Source: a virus (lineage: Duplodnaviria; Caudoviricetes). Taken from it: a DNA stretch of 37,414 bases. This document shows positions 9,692 through 20,197 of the stretch, one piece after another. The position numbers were made by a program, and so were the translations under genes. Numbering within the stretch: the stretch's first letter is position 1; each line of letters begins with the position of its first letter. Below the pieces are notes generated by a model. It made no database searches and had not been told where the DNA came from. It worked only from the letters and a program-made list of their open reading frames with translations. The stretch covers positions 1 through 37,414 of IMG/VR virus record IMGVR_UViG_3300044709_000239, one strand, 5' to 3'.

Positions 9692-9729
9692 AGGCGACCT
9701 GCTTAATTGTGGGTCGCCTACTTTTCTTT
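9692..9729 (+). terminator. Intrinsic terminator after the capsid genes
   Basis: AGGCGACCTGC / GTGGGTCGCCT stem followed by ACTTTTCTTT. Confidence 0.7.
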
Positions 9730-9738
9730 AGAGGAAAT

Positions 9739-10146
9739 ATGACCTTCCAAAGTAACCATGGCGACTATCCCACGGGAATTTTTTATCCCTTTCGGTGTGA
9801 TATAACCTCTATAACCGCTTTAGAGGACTCTATCTTAGTCACCACTAGCGTGGATCATACTTTTTCTATTGGAAACCAAGTTTCATTTCTTATCCCACAG
9901 GCATATGGCATGAGGCAGTTGTCCGGAAAAACCGGATATGTCACTAGCATACCTGCTGTGGACCAAATAACCGTCAATATCAACGCATCACAATTCAATG
10001 AATTCATAACTCCTGTAGCGGCTTTTGATCCTGCTCAGGTGATGCCCATTGGAGATTCTAATTATGGGACTGTATCGCCCGGTGGAATACCTACCAACCC
10101 GAATACGATCCCAGGAGCATTCAACGTAACCCTAACGCCGAGTTAA
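9739..10146 (+). CDS. Structural protein with one FCCH-like domain
   Basis: LVTTSVDHTFSIGNQVSFLIP..YGM resembles the second domain of 8647-9684; GAGGA RBS before ATG 9739. Confidence 0.65.
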   Translation: MTFQSNHGDYPTGIFYPFRCDITSITALEDSILVTTSVDHTFSIGNQVSFLIPQAYGMRQLSGKTGYVTSIPAVDQITVNINASQFNEFITPVAAFDPAQVMPIGDSNYGTVSPGGIPTNPNTIPGAFNVTLTPS

Positions 10147-10147
10147 A

Positions 10148-10678
10148 ATGAAAATGAAAGAAAACGAATCATTAGTAAAAAGTGTCGTAGAGCTGCATGA
10201 CAGCATGGCATCACTAACGGTGGACTCTATATCAGAGACGCCAGTCATAGAGCCCGAGATACAGACAAAGATATGCTATAAAACTCTTGCAAAAGAGAAT
10301 AACTGTGTCTACATAGAGCCTAAGAAGCGATTGCCTGCCCTAGGTAAATTGCCAGAAAAGCAAAAGATAGAGCACGAAAATGCTTGGAAATATGTTAAAG
10401 GTATTTATGAAAATTATATCGTTAATGGTGAGCCCCTTTCTTTTTGGTACACAGAATATCCTGGAGATCAAGACTGCCTTTGGGAGATACCTGCAAACGT
10501 ACCTGTATACGTTCCAAGATTCATCGCTAAGCATCTAGAAGAATGTCAAAAATATCATACCTTCGGTTATAATGAAAAAAATTCTGGACATCAGCGTGTA
10601 GATGACTTCCAGTTTAATTTTAGCGCCACGGGAACTCATTACCGAGGCAAATTCCGAGCAATAGGGGCTTTTGCATGA
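10148..10678 (+). CDS. Hypothetical protein
   Basis: 176-aa ORF coupled to both neighbours. Confidence 0.75.
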   Translation: MKMKENESLVKSVVELHDSMASLTVDSISETPVIEPEIQTKICYKTLAKENNCVYIEPKKRLPALGKLPEKQKIEHENAWKYVKGIYENYIVNGEPLSFWYTEYPGDQDCLWEIPANVPVYVPRFIAKHLEECQKYHTFGYNEKNSGHQRVDDFQFNFSATGTHYRGKFRAIGAFA

Positions 10679-11679
10679 CCTCACCGATATTAGGAACAAT
10701 CTTAGGTGATCTGATCATATGGGTGCGAAGGATTATAAAAAGTTCGTCGGATCAAAATATCTCAGACAATACCATAAAGGACTATATCAATAGATTTTAT
10801 CTATATGACATGCCAGCACGGTTACAGCTTTTCGATTTGAAAAGGCAATACACCTTTGAGACGATTCCTAATATCTTCATGTACCAGTTCCCGATCGATC
10901 TGTATCAAGGCATAAAGCCACCTGCTTATTGCGATGGAATTCCGTTGGGGTTTTTCCAGACCAATGAGCAGTTTTATAACGTATTCCCGGAATTCGTAGA
11001 TAATGAGCAGCCCATATCGGGAGACAACACTATAGGCCCATACACCATTACGTTTGGGAAAGCTCCTATCTTGAGAGGTTTTACTGATGATCTTGGGAAC
11101 TTGTTGCCTTATGTTTTCATTACTGCTTTTGATAACGGTGGAGAGCAAGCATATATAGTCGACGATGGCAACGGCGTGCTAAACCAAACGGACGCTTCCT
11201 TCCAAAATATTCTATTCCCTGATGCGGGTGTCGTAAATTATCTCACCGGCGTAGCTACTTTCAATTTCCTGAATCCAATTCCTGGCGGGAATATCATATC
11301 TTGTCAGACATCCCCATATTCTCCTGGGATGCCAAGAGCGATGCTATTTTTCAATAACATTTTCAAGCTGTATCCGGTGCCTAGCAGGGCTTATAAAGTT
11401 CAGGTGGACTGTTTCATCACTCCACAGCAATTCCTCAATACGGATGACGCTATGCCGTTTTCTTACATGAGTGAATATCTTGCCAGAGGAGCTGCAAGAA
11501 AAATACTGAGCGATAACGGCGACTATGAACAATTCCAATTCTATGAGCCCTTATTTAGAGAGCAGGAAAATAACGTTTTAAGACGCAGCAGCCGACAAAA
11601 TGCAACGCAACGGACTCCAACTATATTTAGCGCCAGAAACACTGGCAGCGCTTATAGCTTTGGGTTTTCCGGCTATTAG
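10675..11679 (+). CDS. Probable head-tail adaptor / tail tubular protein A
   Basis: N-terminal helices (L.DLI..VRR...I.DYIN), LYPVP and C-terminal YLA.GAA.KIL helix typical of podovirus adaptors; position. Confidence 0.6.
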   Translation: MTSPILGTILGDLIIWVRRIIKSSSDQNISDNTIKDYINRFYLYDMPARLQLFDLKRQYTFETIPNIFMYQFPIDLYQGIKPPAYCDGIPLGFFQTNEQFYNVFPEFVDNEQPISGDNTIGPYTITFGKAPILRGFTDDLGNLLPYVFITAFDNGGEQAYIVDDGNGVLNQTDASFQNILFPDAGVVNYLTGVATFNFLNPIPGGNIISCQTSPYSPGMPRAMLFFNNIFKLYPVPSRAYKVQVDCFITPQQFLNTDDAMPFSYMSEYLARGAARKILSDNGDYEQFQFYEPLFREQENNVLRRSSRQNATQRTPTIFSARNTGSAYSFGFSGY

Positions 11680-11686
11680 GTGATTC

Positions 11687-12265
11687 ATGACATACAATCC
11701 AAACATCCCACAGGCAAATGATGACCCAACGCAATCTCAATTGCAGTTACTGAATAACTTTGCCCAAATCAATACCCAATTTTCTGTAAACCATGTTCCA
11801 TTAACTGCTGGGGGCCAAAATGGGTTCCATACCCAGGTTGTTTTCAATAATGTGTTGTCTGTGGATCCTAATCCCACAGCGCCATCATCTGTTTTATATA
11901 CCAAAACGTCCACAACAGGGACAGTCCCAACCAATACAACGGAATTATTTTTTCAAAATGGTCCTCTGGCTGCCAATGTAAAGCAGTTGACCCAGTTACC
12001 AATTACCAAGGCCGCTCCTTCAAATTTTGGATTCACAACCCCATGGGGAATGATTGTAAACTGCGGATTACAAACTACCGGAGTTAGTCCAATTACATTC
12101 CAAGTTCCTTACCCTGTAGGATTTAATACTTACACTGCTTTAGTAACTCCGCAAAATGCAGCTGTAGCGATTTCAGTGGTAGTAAGTGTAACCCAAACAC
12201 AGTTGACTTTTGTTGTTTCTCCCGCTGCCACACCAATTTATTACTTAGTAATAGGATCTTCATGA
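11687..12265 (+). CDS. Tail-associated protein (paralog of next gene)
   Basis: MTY.P..PQ...NF...H...NG.H and TPWG.I.N.G shared with 12262-12876. Confidence 0.65.
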   Translation: MTYNPNIPQANDDPTQSQLQLLNNFAQINTQFSVNHVPLTAGGQNGFHTQVVFNNVLSVDPNPTAPSSVLYTKTSTTGTVPTNTTELFFQNGPLAANVKQLTQLPITKAAPSNFGFTTPWGMIVNCGLQTTGVSPITFQVPYPVGFNTYTALVTPQNAAVAISVVVSVTQTQLTFVVSPAATPIYYLVIGSS

Positions 12266-12876
12266 CCTATACTCCGGGAACCCCGCAACCACAGACAATA
12301 CCATCTTCAGACCAGGATGACTTCGTAGAAAATTTCCAACTGTTGAATCAGTTTTTTGGAGCGGATCATATCCCATTTACTGCGATCTCCGGAAATGGCA
12401 ACCACAAAAAAGTCACACTGAACGCTAATTTAAATACCGGACCCATGTTTCCAGGGAGTGGTATTTTCCCTAATTCTTCAGCCGTTTATACAAAAAAAAT
12501 TAGTGTAACTTCAAAAGATCCGCCTGATTTATATTTCCAAAATAATATTGGAGCTACATTCGAGAAGCTGGTTACATCACTACGAGTAATAAAAGGCGAT
12601 GGAGCAAATGGTTTTGGTATGGTCACACCCTGGGGTATAATAATAAATTTTGGCATGGTAAATGATCCTGATTTAAATCTTACTTTTGATTTCCCAGTTC
12701 CCTATACCACTGAAGTTTATTCTATAGTAAACTGCGGCGTAGATTTTAAGGACTTGCCAGGTGCTCAACAATTCAGTTATGCGAATATAGTTTCACTTAC
12801 CCAATTTATTTCCAGAACAACAACTATAACAAATGCTTTTGGGTTTGCAACGTGGTATATGGCGGTGGGGAAATGA
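12262..12876 (+). CDS. Tail-associated protein (paralog of previous gene)
   Basis: Same motifs; ATGA coupling at both ends. Confidence 0.65.
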   Translation: MTYTPGTPQPQTIPSSDQDDFVENFQLLNQFFGADHIPFTAISGNGNHKKVTLNANLNTGPMFPGSGIFPNSSAVYTKKISVTSKDPPDLYFQNNIGATFEKLVTSLRVIKGDGANGFGMVTPWGIIINFGMVNDPDLNLTFDFPVPYTTEVYSIVNCGVDFKDLPGAQQFSYANIVSLTQFISRTTTITNAFGFATWYMAVGK

Positions 12877-15638
12877 CCAGTTCTTTAGTCATCAGCAATT
12901 TTAAAACTGGATATGAGACTGATCGAGAGCCATTCATTATCAATAATGACGCATTCCCTATTCTGAATAATGCATATCAGTGGCGAGGAAAATTGCTCAG
13001 GAAGCGAGGTACTCAACTTCTTGGCAGACTCCAGCGGAATTTATCGAATCAGACTACGGTCAACCTCAATGGATCTGGCAATATAGCTTTTAATCTGCTA
13101 ACAACACTTGGCATAATTGCTATATCCCCGAATGCATCTATCGTTCCTGGCACTTTATCTATTTTTGTCGCTGTAGGTGCTGGTTATACGTTTGCCGATA
13201 CCAATAGCGATGGCAGACTCATAACTACGGGGGCAAACTGGGATAATGCGATCACAGCAGTTTTTCTTGGTGTTACCACGACTCTTACCGTCGGTGCCGG
13301 ACATTTCTTTGTCATCGGTGATGGCGTTTATATTTCTGGAGTCACAGGTACGACTATTCTAAACGGATATTCCACGGTAACAGCCATTAACGCTACCCAA
13401 ATAGCGGTAAATATCGATACTACCGGACAGCCAGCCTATACAGGCGGAGGTCGAGTCCAGCGTGTTGCAGGTTCTGTCAATTATGCCACTGGCGCTATAG
13501 TTTTGATTACAAACAGAGGTGCTTTCGCAGGCCAAGCGCTAGTGGTATCTTTCGGATATTATCCGGCTTTGCCGGTTATGGGATTGGAAGATCTTGAAAC
13601 AGATATCATAAACTTTCCTATCTTGGTTCCATTCGACACCAAATATAGTTATCAATTCAACCAGACGACAAACATTTTTTATGATACAACTTTTTATAAA
13701 AATACATTCATCCCCTTCGTATGGCATGGTTCTGACTTCCAACAATTTTGGACGACTAGCTATTCGGGCGCGATGTGGACTACCAATAATGTGACCGGAT
13801 TTCAATTCAAGAACATAACATTAGTCGTTCCTGGAGCTGCTAGCGTATTCACGATTGTAGCACATGGCCTGACCAATCTAGATTATGTTTTTATCAATGA
13901 AGTCGGTGGTATTACAGGTGTAAATGGGGTATCCGGTTTAGTTACGGTGCTTACAGCCAACACCTTTTCCATACCAACACCAGGAGCTGCCGGGGTATAT
14001 ACTGCTGCAACAGGCATTGCTCAATACATGACTAGCCAAGCAAGTCCCGGAGTTGATGGGATCAAGTGGTATGATGGCGATCCCACGGATGTTGGACATG
14101 CTAAAGGATGGGTAAATTTCTCTCCTCCACTATCCAATGCTGGATTAACCGGCGGTAAGCCCGAATATCTTATTGGCGCCAGAATGATTGTAGCCTTCAA
14201 GAATAGACTTCTATTTTTTGGGGTGACTACTCAAACGAGCGGTGGCGTCACCAGATTCTTACCTAATCGGTTGGTCTACTCACAAGTTGGCACTCCCTTT
14301 TACTCTCTGCCAGTTCCGGCGCAACAAGTCGCTGATGATGCCGCTTATTTCGAGAACGTAGCTGGAAGAGGCGGATTTATCACCGCTCCCACCCAGCAAT
14401 TTATGATAACGGCTTTTGAAAACAATGATGTGATCTTGGTGGCCTTCGAAAGCCGGCAAATGAAACTACTGTTTACTGGTGATGACAGCTTGCCATTCAT
14501 ATACCAGACCATCAACACTGAATTGGGTGCGCAAAGCACTTTCACTGGAATTTCTCTCGATACCGGAGTTCTTTCCATTGGAGATTACGGAATCACCCTT
14601 ACAACTCCAGAAAGTACGCAAAGGGTGGACTTACAGATCCCTGACACGGTTTTCTCGATCAGCCCAGCCAATAGCGGAGATGAACGTGTTACGGCTGTCA
14701 GAGACTTCCGTAATGAGTTTATTTACTATACGTACTGTGCCGGCGGAAATACCGCTAAATTCCCCAATCAGTCACTCGTATACAATTACCGAGATGCCAC
14801 ATGGGCTATCTTCCAAGAAAATTACACCAGCTATGGAACATTTAGAAGATCTTCCAATTTTACATGGGCCACTTTGCCTTATAGGACTTGGGCTTCTTGG
14901 AGTACCCCTTGGAATTTTGGGGTCACTGATCAGCGATATCCTGATATCATCGGCGGCAATCAGCACGGGTTTGTGATGCGGAAAGACACCACATCATGCC
15001 GAGAAGATTATTCACAAATGATCACGGATATTTCCGGAAATATAGTCACATCCCCAGATCATGGCTTACTGAGCGGAGATTTCATTATGATTAATGAAAT
15101 TGTCTCTTCGCCCTCCATGGTTTTATGGAATGGTGTGATCCAAAAAATCACGGTAACGGGCGCAAATACATTCACAGTGGAATTAACTTCTACAGGCACT
15201 TACGGAGGCGGGGGAGTCTATAGACGGATTCCTAACTTCCTGATACAGACAAAACAATTTCCTTTATTTTGGGATAATGGAAGAAAATGCCGTATAGGTA
15301 CACAGAGGTTCTTACTGACCACTACGACTGATGGCCAGATGCAATGCAATATATACACATCTCAGAATGCGAATGTAGCTAATAATGACCCTCTTATTTC
15401 CGGATACCTAGCTTTTACCAATGTGTTGCTGACTAAAGCCGAGCCAAACGACTTGAATATGGCAGCTCCGGAACAATCCCAGATATGGCATCGAATGTCC
15501 AATAGCTTTCAAGGTGATAGCGTACAAATAGGATTTACCTTTTCTGAAGTACAGCTGAGAGACGATACGATCGCTACGTCCGATATAACAATACATGCAA
15601 TCGCCTTTGACCTACATCCTGGACCAATATTATGCTAA
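12873..15638 (+). CDS. Probable tail nozzle / tubular protein B (P22 gp10/T7 gp12-like) with FCCH-like insertions
   Basis: ~920 aa beta-rich; NA...RG.L.KR.G N-terminus, FKNRLLF, LVYNY...WA propeller-type motifs; ATGA overlap at 12873. Confidence 0.7.
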   Translation: MTSSLVISNFKTGYETDREPFIINNDAFPILNNAYQWRGKLLRKRGTQLLGRLQRNLSNQTTVNLNGSGNIAFNLLTTLGIIAISPNASIVPGTLSIFVAVGAGYTFADTNSDGRLITTGANWDNAITAVFLGVTTTLTVGAGHFFVIGDGVYISGVTGTTILNGYSTVTAINATQIAVNIDTTGQPAYTGGGRVQRVAGSVNYATGAIVLITNRGAFAGQALVVSFGYYPALPVMGLEDLETDIINFPILVPFDTKYSYQFNQTTNIFYDTTFYKNTFIPFVWHGSDFQQFWTTSYSGAMWTTNNVTGFQFKNITLVVPGAASVFTIVAHGLTNLDYVFINEVGGITGVNGVSGLVTVLTANTFSIPTPGAAGVYTAATGIAQYMTSQASPGVDGIKWYDGDPTDVGHAKGWVNFSPPLSNAGLTGGKPEYLIGARMIVAFKNRLLFFGVTTQTSGGVTRFLPNRLVYSQVGTPFYSLPVPAQQVADDAAYFENVAGRGGFITAPTQQFMITAFENNDVILVAFESRQMKLLFTGDDSLPFIYQTINTELGAQSTFTGISLDTGVLSIGDYGITLTTPESTQRVDLQIPDTVFSISPANSGDERVTAVRDFRNEFIYYTYCAGGNTAKFPNQSLVYNYRDATWAIFQENYTSYGTFRRSSNFTWATLPYRTWASWSTPWNFGVTDQRYPDIIGGNQHGFVMRKDTTSCREDYSQMITDISGNIVTSPDHGLLSGDFIMINEIVSSPSMVLWNGVIQKITVTGANTFTVELTSTGTYGGGGVYRRIPNFLIQTKQFPLFWDNGRKCRIGTQRFLLTTTTDGQMQCNIYTSQNANVANNDPLISGYLAFTNVLLTKAEPNDLNMAAPEQSQIWHRMSNSFQGDSVQIGFTFSEVQLRDDTIATSDITIHAIAFDLHPGPILC

Positions 15639-15648
15639 GGGGAATTTA

Positions 15649-16146
15649 ATGACACAGCCCACGATACAGTCCCCATATCTGATAACGAGTCGCACTTTCC
15701 CTGTGGAAGGAAATAAGCTGGAACCTATATTGTCAAAAATGTATTTTGAAGTTTCGCAAGCTGTGAATAACCGCATCATTGGTATTTTTAATAAATTCCA
15801 GGTGGTTACAGGTGAGCGATGGTTTAATTCTGGTGTTATCACAGCACAAGACTTCGACATCACCAAACAGCCTCAAACATATAGGCAGGTGTATACCTTC
15901 GATGCGATAGTTGCTGGCGCAACGATCACAATAGACCACAATATCGTAGCTGTAAAACAGTTCACACGCATATATGGGACTTGCATCACAACATTGCCAG
16001 ATTTTAGGCCTATCCCATATGCCTCAGTCATAGCAAATGCAAATATAGATCTGACTGTCACGTCTACCCAGATCGTTATATCGAATGGAGCTGGCGGTCA
16101 AGACATCGTGAGCGGTATAATCGTTCTAGAATACCTTTTAAACTGA
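15649..16146 (+). CDS. Hypothetical virion protein
   Basis: AAGGGG RBS before ATG 15649; beta-rich C-terminus. Confidence 0.7.
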   Translation: MTQPTIQSPYLITSRTFPVEGNKLEPILSKMYFEVSQAVNNRIIGIFNKFQVVTGERWFNSGVITAQDFDITKQPQTYRQVYTFDAIVAGATITIDHNIVAVKQFTRIYGTCITTLPDFRPIPYASVIANANIDLTVTSTQIVISNGAGGQDIVSGIIVLEYLLN

Positions 16147-16157
16147 TTGAGGATCAT

Positions 16158-16664
16158 ATGAATAACTCCGGAAGCATGCCAGAAAAGCAACACATAAGCG
16201 GATATAACCAAGTATCGACCCCAAACTTTACGCCCCAACAGATGCAGTTATTGCAGAAATTAATAGGTTCAATAGGCGGCGGTGCAGAAAAAGGATTATC
16301 AAAATTGTCACAGATAGCATCTGGGGAGGAAGGAGCGTTTGAAGAGCTAGAGGCTCCGGCATATGCAGCCTTCAACAAGAATTTAGGAACTTTAGGAAGT
16401 AGATTCTCACAATATGGTGCAGGTGACTCAAGTGCTTTCCAGAATGCTGTGAGTGGTGCTGGCGCAGAGATGGCACAGAATTTACAAGGCCAAAGAACGC
16501 AAATGCAGATGGATGCCATACAAAAATTGCTAGGCTTTTCAACCGATCTACTAGGGCAAAAACCTTATGAAACATCTCTGTTGCAAAAAGACAAAGGGAC
16601 GGACTGGGGAGAGATCTTATCAAAGGCATTTGGAGCAGTTCCAGGCATATTAACGGCTCTATAA
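16158..16664 (+). CDS. Probable ejection (internal virion) protein 1
   Basis: G/A/Q/S-rich helical protein downstream of the tail genes; GAGGA RBS. Confidence 0.55.
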   Translation: MNNSGSMPEKQHISGYNQVSTPNFTPQQMQLLQKLIGSIGGGAEKGLSKLSQIASGEEGAFEELEAPAYAAFNKNLGTLGSRFSQYGAGDSSAFQNAVSGAGAEMAQNLQGQRTQMQMDAIQKLLGFSTDLLGQKPYETSLLQKDKGTDWGEILSKAFGAVPGILTAL

Positions 16665-16679
16665 CCTATAGGTGGCAAC

Positions 16680-17909
16680 ATGGTCCAGATCATACCGGCA
16701 AACACAAAACACACTTTCGGCCGTGGGTTATTAGAAGCAATCCCTTCTGGGTTAGATGCTTTTGGTAAGGTTCTTCAAAATAGAAAAGATGCCAAAGCCT
16801 CCGAAGAAGAGGATGAGGCTCTAGAAGCTCTTGGCGTCCACGTGAAAGGTATAAAAAACCAAAAACTTCGTGAAGGATTATTAGAAGGGGCTCAACAACA
16901 ACAAAAGTCCCAGGCACAAGAAGCAAAAGCACAAAAAAGCACTGAAACTATACAAAAATATTTCGGCCCAGATGCTGGGAACATATATGGGGAGCTTACA
17001 GAGGGTGGCAAGACGAAGTTCTTTGAATCTTTGATGGAAAATGTCGTTGGCAGAAAAATCCCAATTAATGAATTTTTACCACAATTTATTCAGCAAAATA
17101 TCGAAGATTTTCAACCAGAACAACCAGAAGAAGCAGGGCAAATGATGCCCAAATCACCGCCACAAGAAAATTTCAACATGCCAAAAGAGCGCGAAATAGA
17201 CGAGGGATTAACACCCCAAGAAAAAGTAGCTCGGCAAGAAAAACGGTATGAAAAAAACCTTCCTTTATATGAGGAAACAGACAAAAAACTTGCAGGTCTA
17301 AAAAATGAAGACGAAGTAATCGAGATACTCGAAGAGTTGAACGAATCTAAAAAACTCCCTAAAGGCCTGGGCAGGGTCAACATCAATTATAAAGAAGGTA
17401 ATTTGCTGGTTCCAGCATTATCATCTCCAGAAGCTCAGAGATATATAAAAACGGTAAACGAGTTTCTGTCAAAAGCTAAAGATACTTTTGGATCAAGAGT
17501 AACCAATTTTGAGCTAGATAGATTCCTGCAAAGACTTCCTACCCTGGCAAACACGGAAGAAGGTCGCCGAGAGATACTCAAGCAGATGAAATATTTCAAT
17601 AAGATTGAAAAAACTTATCAAGAAGCACTCTCAAAGTATGTTGACTCCAAAGGCGGAATAAGAAATGTGGACTGGGACGTAGCCAAACGTAGAGCAAGGG
17701 ACATGGCCGAGCCTTTGATTAAGGAAGCCAAAGCGCAGTTCAAAAATTCTGACAAAATTTCTAAAGAATTATACGATAAAAAACTTGCAGATGTGAAATC
17801 TAAAACGCCTGCTGGGAAAATTGCTGTAGAAAAGGATGGCCAGTTTGGTTATATCGACAAAAAAATGGCTGCTAAAGCATTGAAGTCGGGCGGGTACAAA
17901 AAACTATGA
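16680..17909 (+). CDS. Probable ejection protein 2
   Basis: 409-aa charged helical protein in the ejection-gene position. Confidence 0.55.
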   Translation: MVQIIPANTKHTFGRGLLEAIPSGLDAFGKVLQNRKDAKASEEEDEALEALGVHVKGIKNQKLREGLLEGAQQQQKSQAQEAKAQKSTETIQKYFGPDAGNIYGELTEGGKTKFFESLMENVVGRKIPINEFLPQFIQQNIEDFQPEQPEEAGQMMPKSPPQENFNMPKEREIDEGLTPQEKVARQEKRYEKNLPLYEETDKKLAGLKNEDEVIEILEELNESKKLPKGLGRVNINYKEGNLLVPALSSPEAQRYIKTVNEFLSKAKDTFGSRVTNFELDRFLQRLPTLANTEEGRREILKQMKYFNKIEKTYQEALSKYVDSKGGIRNVDWDVAKRRARDMAEPLIKEAKAQFKNSDKISKELYDKKLADVKSKTPAGKIAVEKDGQFGYIDKKMAAKALKSGGYKKL

Positions 17910-19786
17910 AAAACCTAAATGACGATTTTGGTTTCGAATATTTCGATTCCGATGAAGACGAATCCGTAGAATCTAATGAAACTTATAGCGATGAAGAAGA
18001 TCAATTTGGATTTCAGCCATTTGATGTTTATGAAGATGAAGAGAAGCCTGAGGACTATACTCAAAAACCATCTGAACAAGAAATTCCTGAACCAGAAGAA
18101 AGCTTCTGGCAAAAAGTTGTGAGCAATCCAGTTACACAAACTATTCTGGGTGCTGTTCAAGGAGTAACATCTCCTCTAGATATACTGAAAATGTTTATCA
18201 CCGGTGAAGGTCTGACTGATTTAGATGAGTTAGAGAACGCTTATGAAAATCAGGGGTTGCCTTTCGATCGAGAAGACTATATACAAAAAGTTTTTCAATT
18301 AGCTGAGCATATACCAACATTAGGTGGTGCTCAGAAGCTAACAGAAGAAAAAACAGGCCTAGATCTGTCCCCAAAAGACACATTTTCTAAAATCCTTCGA
18401 ACAGGAACAGAAATCGCGACCTCAGGCCCTTTATCTTTAGGCAAACAGGCGGTTAAACAAGGTGCCAAGCGTCTGGGGACTGGTATAGCTGCGGCAAGTG
18501 CTGGCGAGGGCGCCAAAGAACTTGGTGTCCCAGAACAGGCCGCTGATATTGGATCTTATATTCTAGGTGGAATAGCTAATGCAAGAAAGCAGCCAGTCAA
18601 GTTAACTGGTAAACAAGCAGAGACAAAAGCCTTTGCTGAAAAGCATAACCTGAGAAAATTCGGTGGACTAGAAGCCGAAGAACCTCTTAAGAACGCCATT
18701 GCTCCAAGACCTAAGATTACGGCAGCAGCAGAAGAGCTCAGCGAAACATCACAGAAGGCTATAGACAAGATTATAGCTGATAAGATCCCTATAGCCAAGC
18801 AAAGGGCTATGGGCGTTGATTTAAGAGATGCCTATAGCAAGGCATATGCTAAGTCTAATCAAACTGCTAAAGCATTGGATGCTGGGAAAAAGTCTGGTGC
18901 TATCGACTTGGATTCACTCACTGTGAATATTAAAGACAAGATTAAAAAGATCCAAAATAGCGCTCCTTCTTTGAGTCCTTCTGACAAGACGGCCATCAAA
19001 GAACTGAAAAAGCAATACAAAGCTTTGAGTGACAAAAATCCTACCACTGATACCTATATTGGTAAGAAAATATCTGCTGAGCAGGCATTGGACCAGTATA
19101 AGAACTTTAATGAAGAAGTCGAAGGCATATATCGCAAAGCTGATTTTACTGGATCTGAAGAGGTAATCAAAAACCTGTATGGTGAGCTGAAAAGCGATTT
19201 AATCAATTCGATAGAGAAATCATCGCCTGAATTGGCTAAAGAACTGCGATTTGCCAATAAAATATACAGCGAAACTTCCAAACTTGATCAGATTACTAAA
19301 ATGACCAAAAAGGCCTTTGAAGATGGTTACAATCCGACCAAGTTGAATCAGATACTCGGCGGGAAACGGAATCGTCAGTTTATTGAGCGAGACCTTGGCA
19401 AAGATGCTGTAAAAGAAATGCAGGACATTGCCAAATATGGCATGGATGCAGAGAAATACGTCCTCAAAGTTATCAAAGAACCTAAAACAATCACTCAACT
19501 TGCATCTGAACTGACTCCAGCCAAAGCCATGCTTCTACTAGCGAAAGGATCCGCTGCTATGGTACCGATCCTTGGATATGATATCCCTAAAGCCCTAGCT
19601 CAAAGGGCTAAAGGCACTATGATGCTAAGCCCAAAAGGAAGGCATTCATATTCTGAATTCCTTAAACATTCCATTAGCCCTGAGAGCGCAGCTTTTAAGA
19701 AAGCGTCCAGGGAACTAACGAAAACGATTGAAGAAGAATATGGTAGTGAAGAAAAATTTATAAAATTCCTAGAGGAAGAAGATTAG
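17906..19786 (+). CDS. Probable ejection protein 3
   Basis: 626 aa; acidic N-terminus, G/A-rich mid-segment, helical remainder; last gene of the virion operon. Confidence 0.55.
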   Translation: MKNLNDDFGFEYFDSDEDESVESNETYSDEEDQFGFQPFDVYEDEEKPEDYTQKPSEQEIPEPEESFWQKVVSNPVTQTILGAVQGVTSPLDILKMFITGEGLTDLDELENAYENQGLPFDREDYIQKVFQLAEHIPTLGGAQKLTEEKTGLDLSPKDTFSKILRTGTEIATSGPLSLGKQAVKQGAKRLGTGIAAASAGEGAKELGVPEQAADIGSYILGGIANARKQPVKLTGKQAETKAFAEKHNLRKFGGLEAEEPLKNAIAPRPKITAAAEELSETSQKAIDKIIADKIPIAKQRAMGVDLRDAYSKAYAKSNQTAKALDAGKKSGAIDLDSLTVNIKDKIKKIQNSAPSLSPSDKTAIKELKKQYKALSDKNPTTDTYIGKKISAEQALDQYKNFNEEVEGIYRKADFTGSEEVIKNLYGELKSDLINSIEKSSPELAKELRFANKIYSETSKLDQITKMTKKAFEDGYNPTKLNQILGGKRNRQFIERDLGKDAVKEMQDIAKYGMDAEKYVLKVIKEPKTITQLASELTPAKAMLLLAKGSAAMVPILGYDIPKALAQRAKGTMMLSPKGRHSYSEFLKHSISPESAAFKKASRELTKTIEEEYGSEEKFIKFLEEED

Positions 19787-19948
19787 ATGAACTTAAAATT
19801 TGTATTATCATGCTGCTGCGCATCTATGGTTGTGTGCAGCTTCTTATATGGCCTATTCGGGTATTATGAGCCTGCCTCTTGGTGCGCTCACGTTTCTCTG
19901 CCTTGTGCTATTCTTCTCACATCTCTGTGGGATAGATATAACGATTAA
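19787..19948 (+). CDS. 53-aa Cys-rich two-TM membrane protein (not in ORF track)
   Basis: MNLKFVLSCCCASMVVCSFLYGLFGYYEPASWCAHVSLPCAILLTSLWDRYND; ATG immediately follows the previous TAG. Confidence 0.55.
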   Translation: MNLKFVLSCCCASMVVCSFLYGLFGYYEPASWCAHVSLPCAILLTSLWDRYND

Positions 19949-19950
19949 TG

Positions 19951-19979
19951 TTGACTAAAATTTCCAATATGTCCATAAT
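19951..19979 (+). promoter_or_regulatory. Sigma70-type promoter
   Basis: TTGACT-17 bp-CATAAT upstream of ORF 20018. Confidence 0.6.
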
Positions 19980-20017
19980 TTCAAATTAAGTGGACGATTT
20001 GGACCTTAGGAAACATT

Positions 20018-20197
20018 ATGCCTGACATATGTAAATGTCCTGGCGATAATTGTAAAAAGAAAGAACAATGCTTTCGATTTACGGCACACGCAGACACTTA
20101 TCAAACGTATTTTCATGCAGCCCATTGTATCGAAGAAGACTTCCACTACTTTATACAGGATAAACGGCTATTAAGTCAAGAGGATAACAAAAAATAA
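20018..20197 (+). CDS. 59-aa Cys-rich phage protein (not in ORF track)
   Basis: MPDICKCPGDNCKKKEQCFRFTA...; AGGA RBS; pattern resembles a widespread small phage protein. Confidence 0.7.
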   Translation: MPDICKCPGDNCKKKEQCFRFTAHADTYQTYFHAAHCIEEDFHYFIQDKRLLSQEDNKK

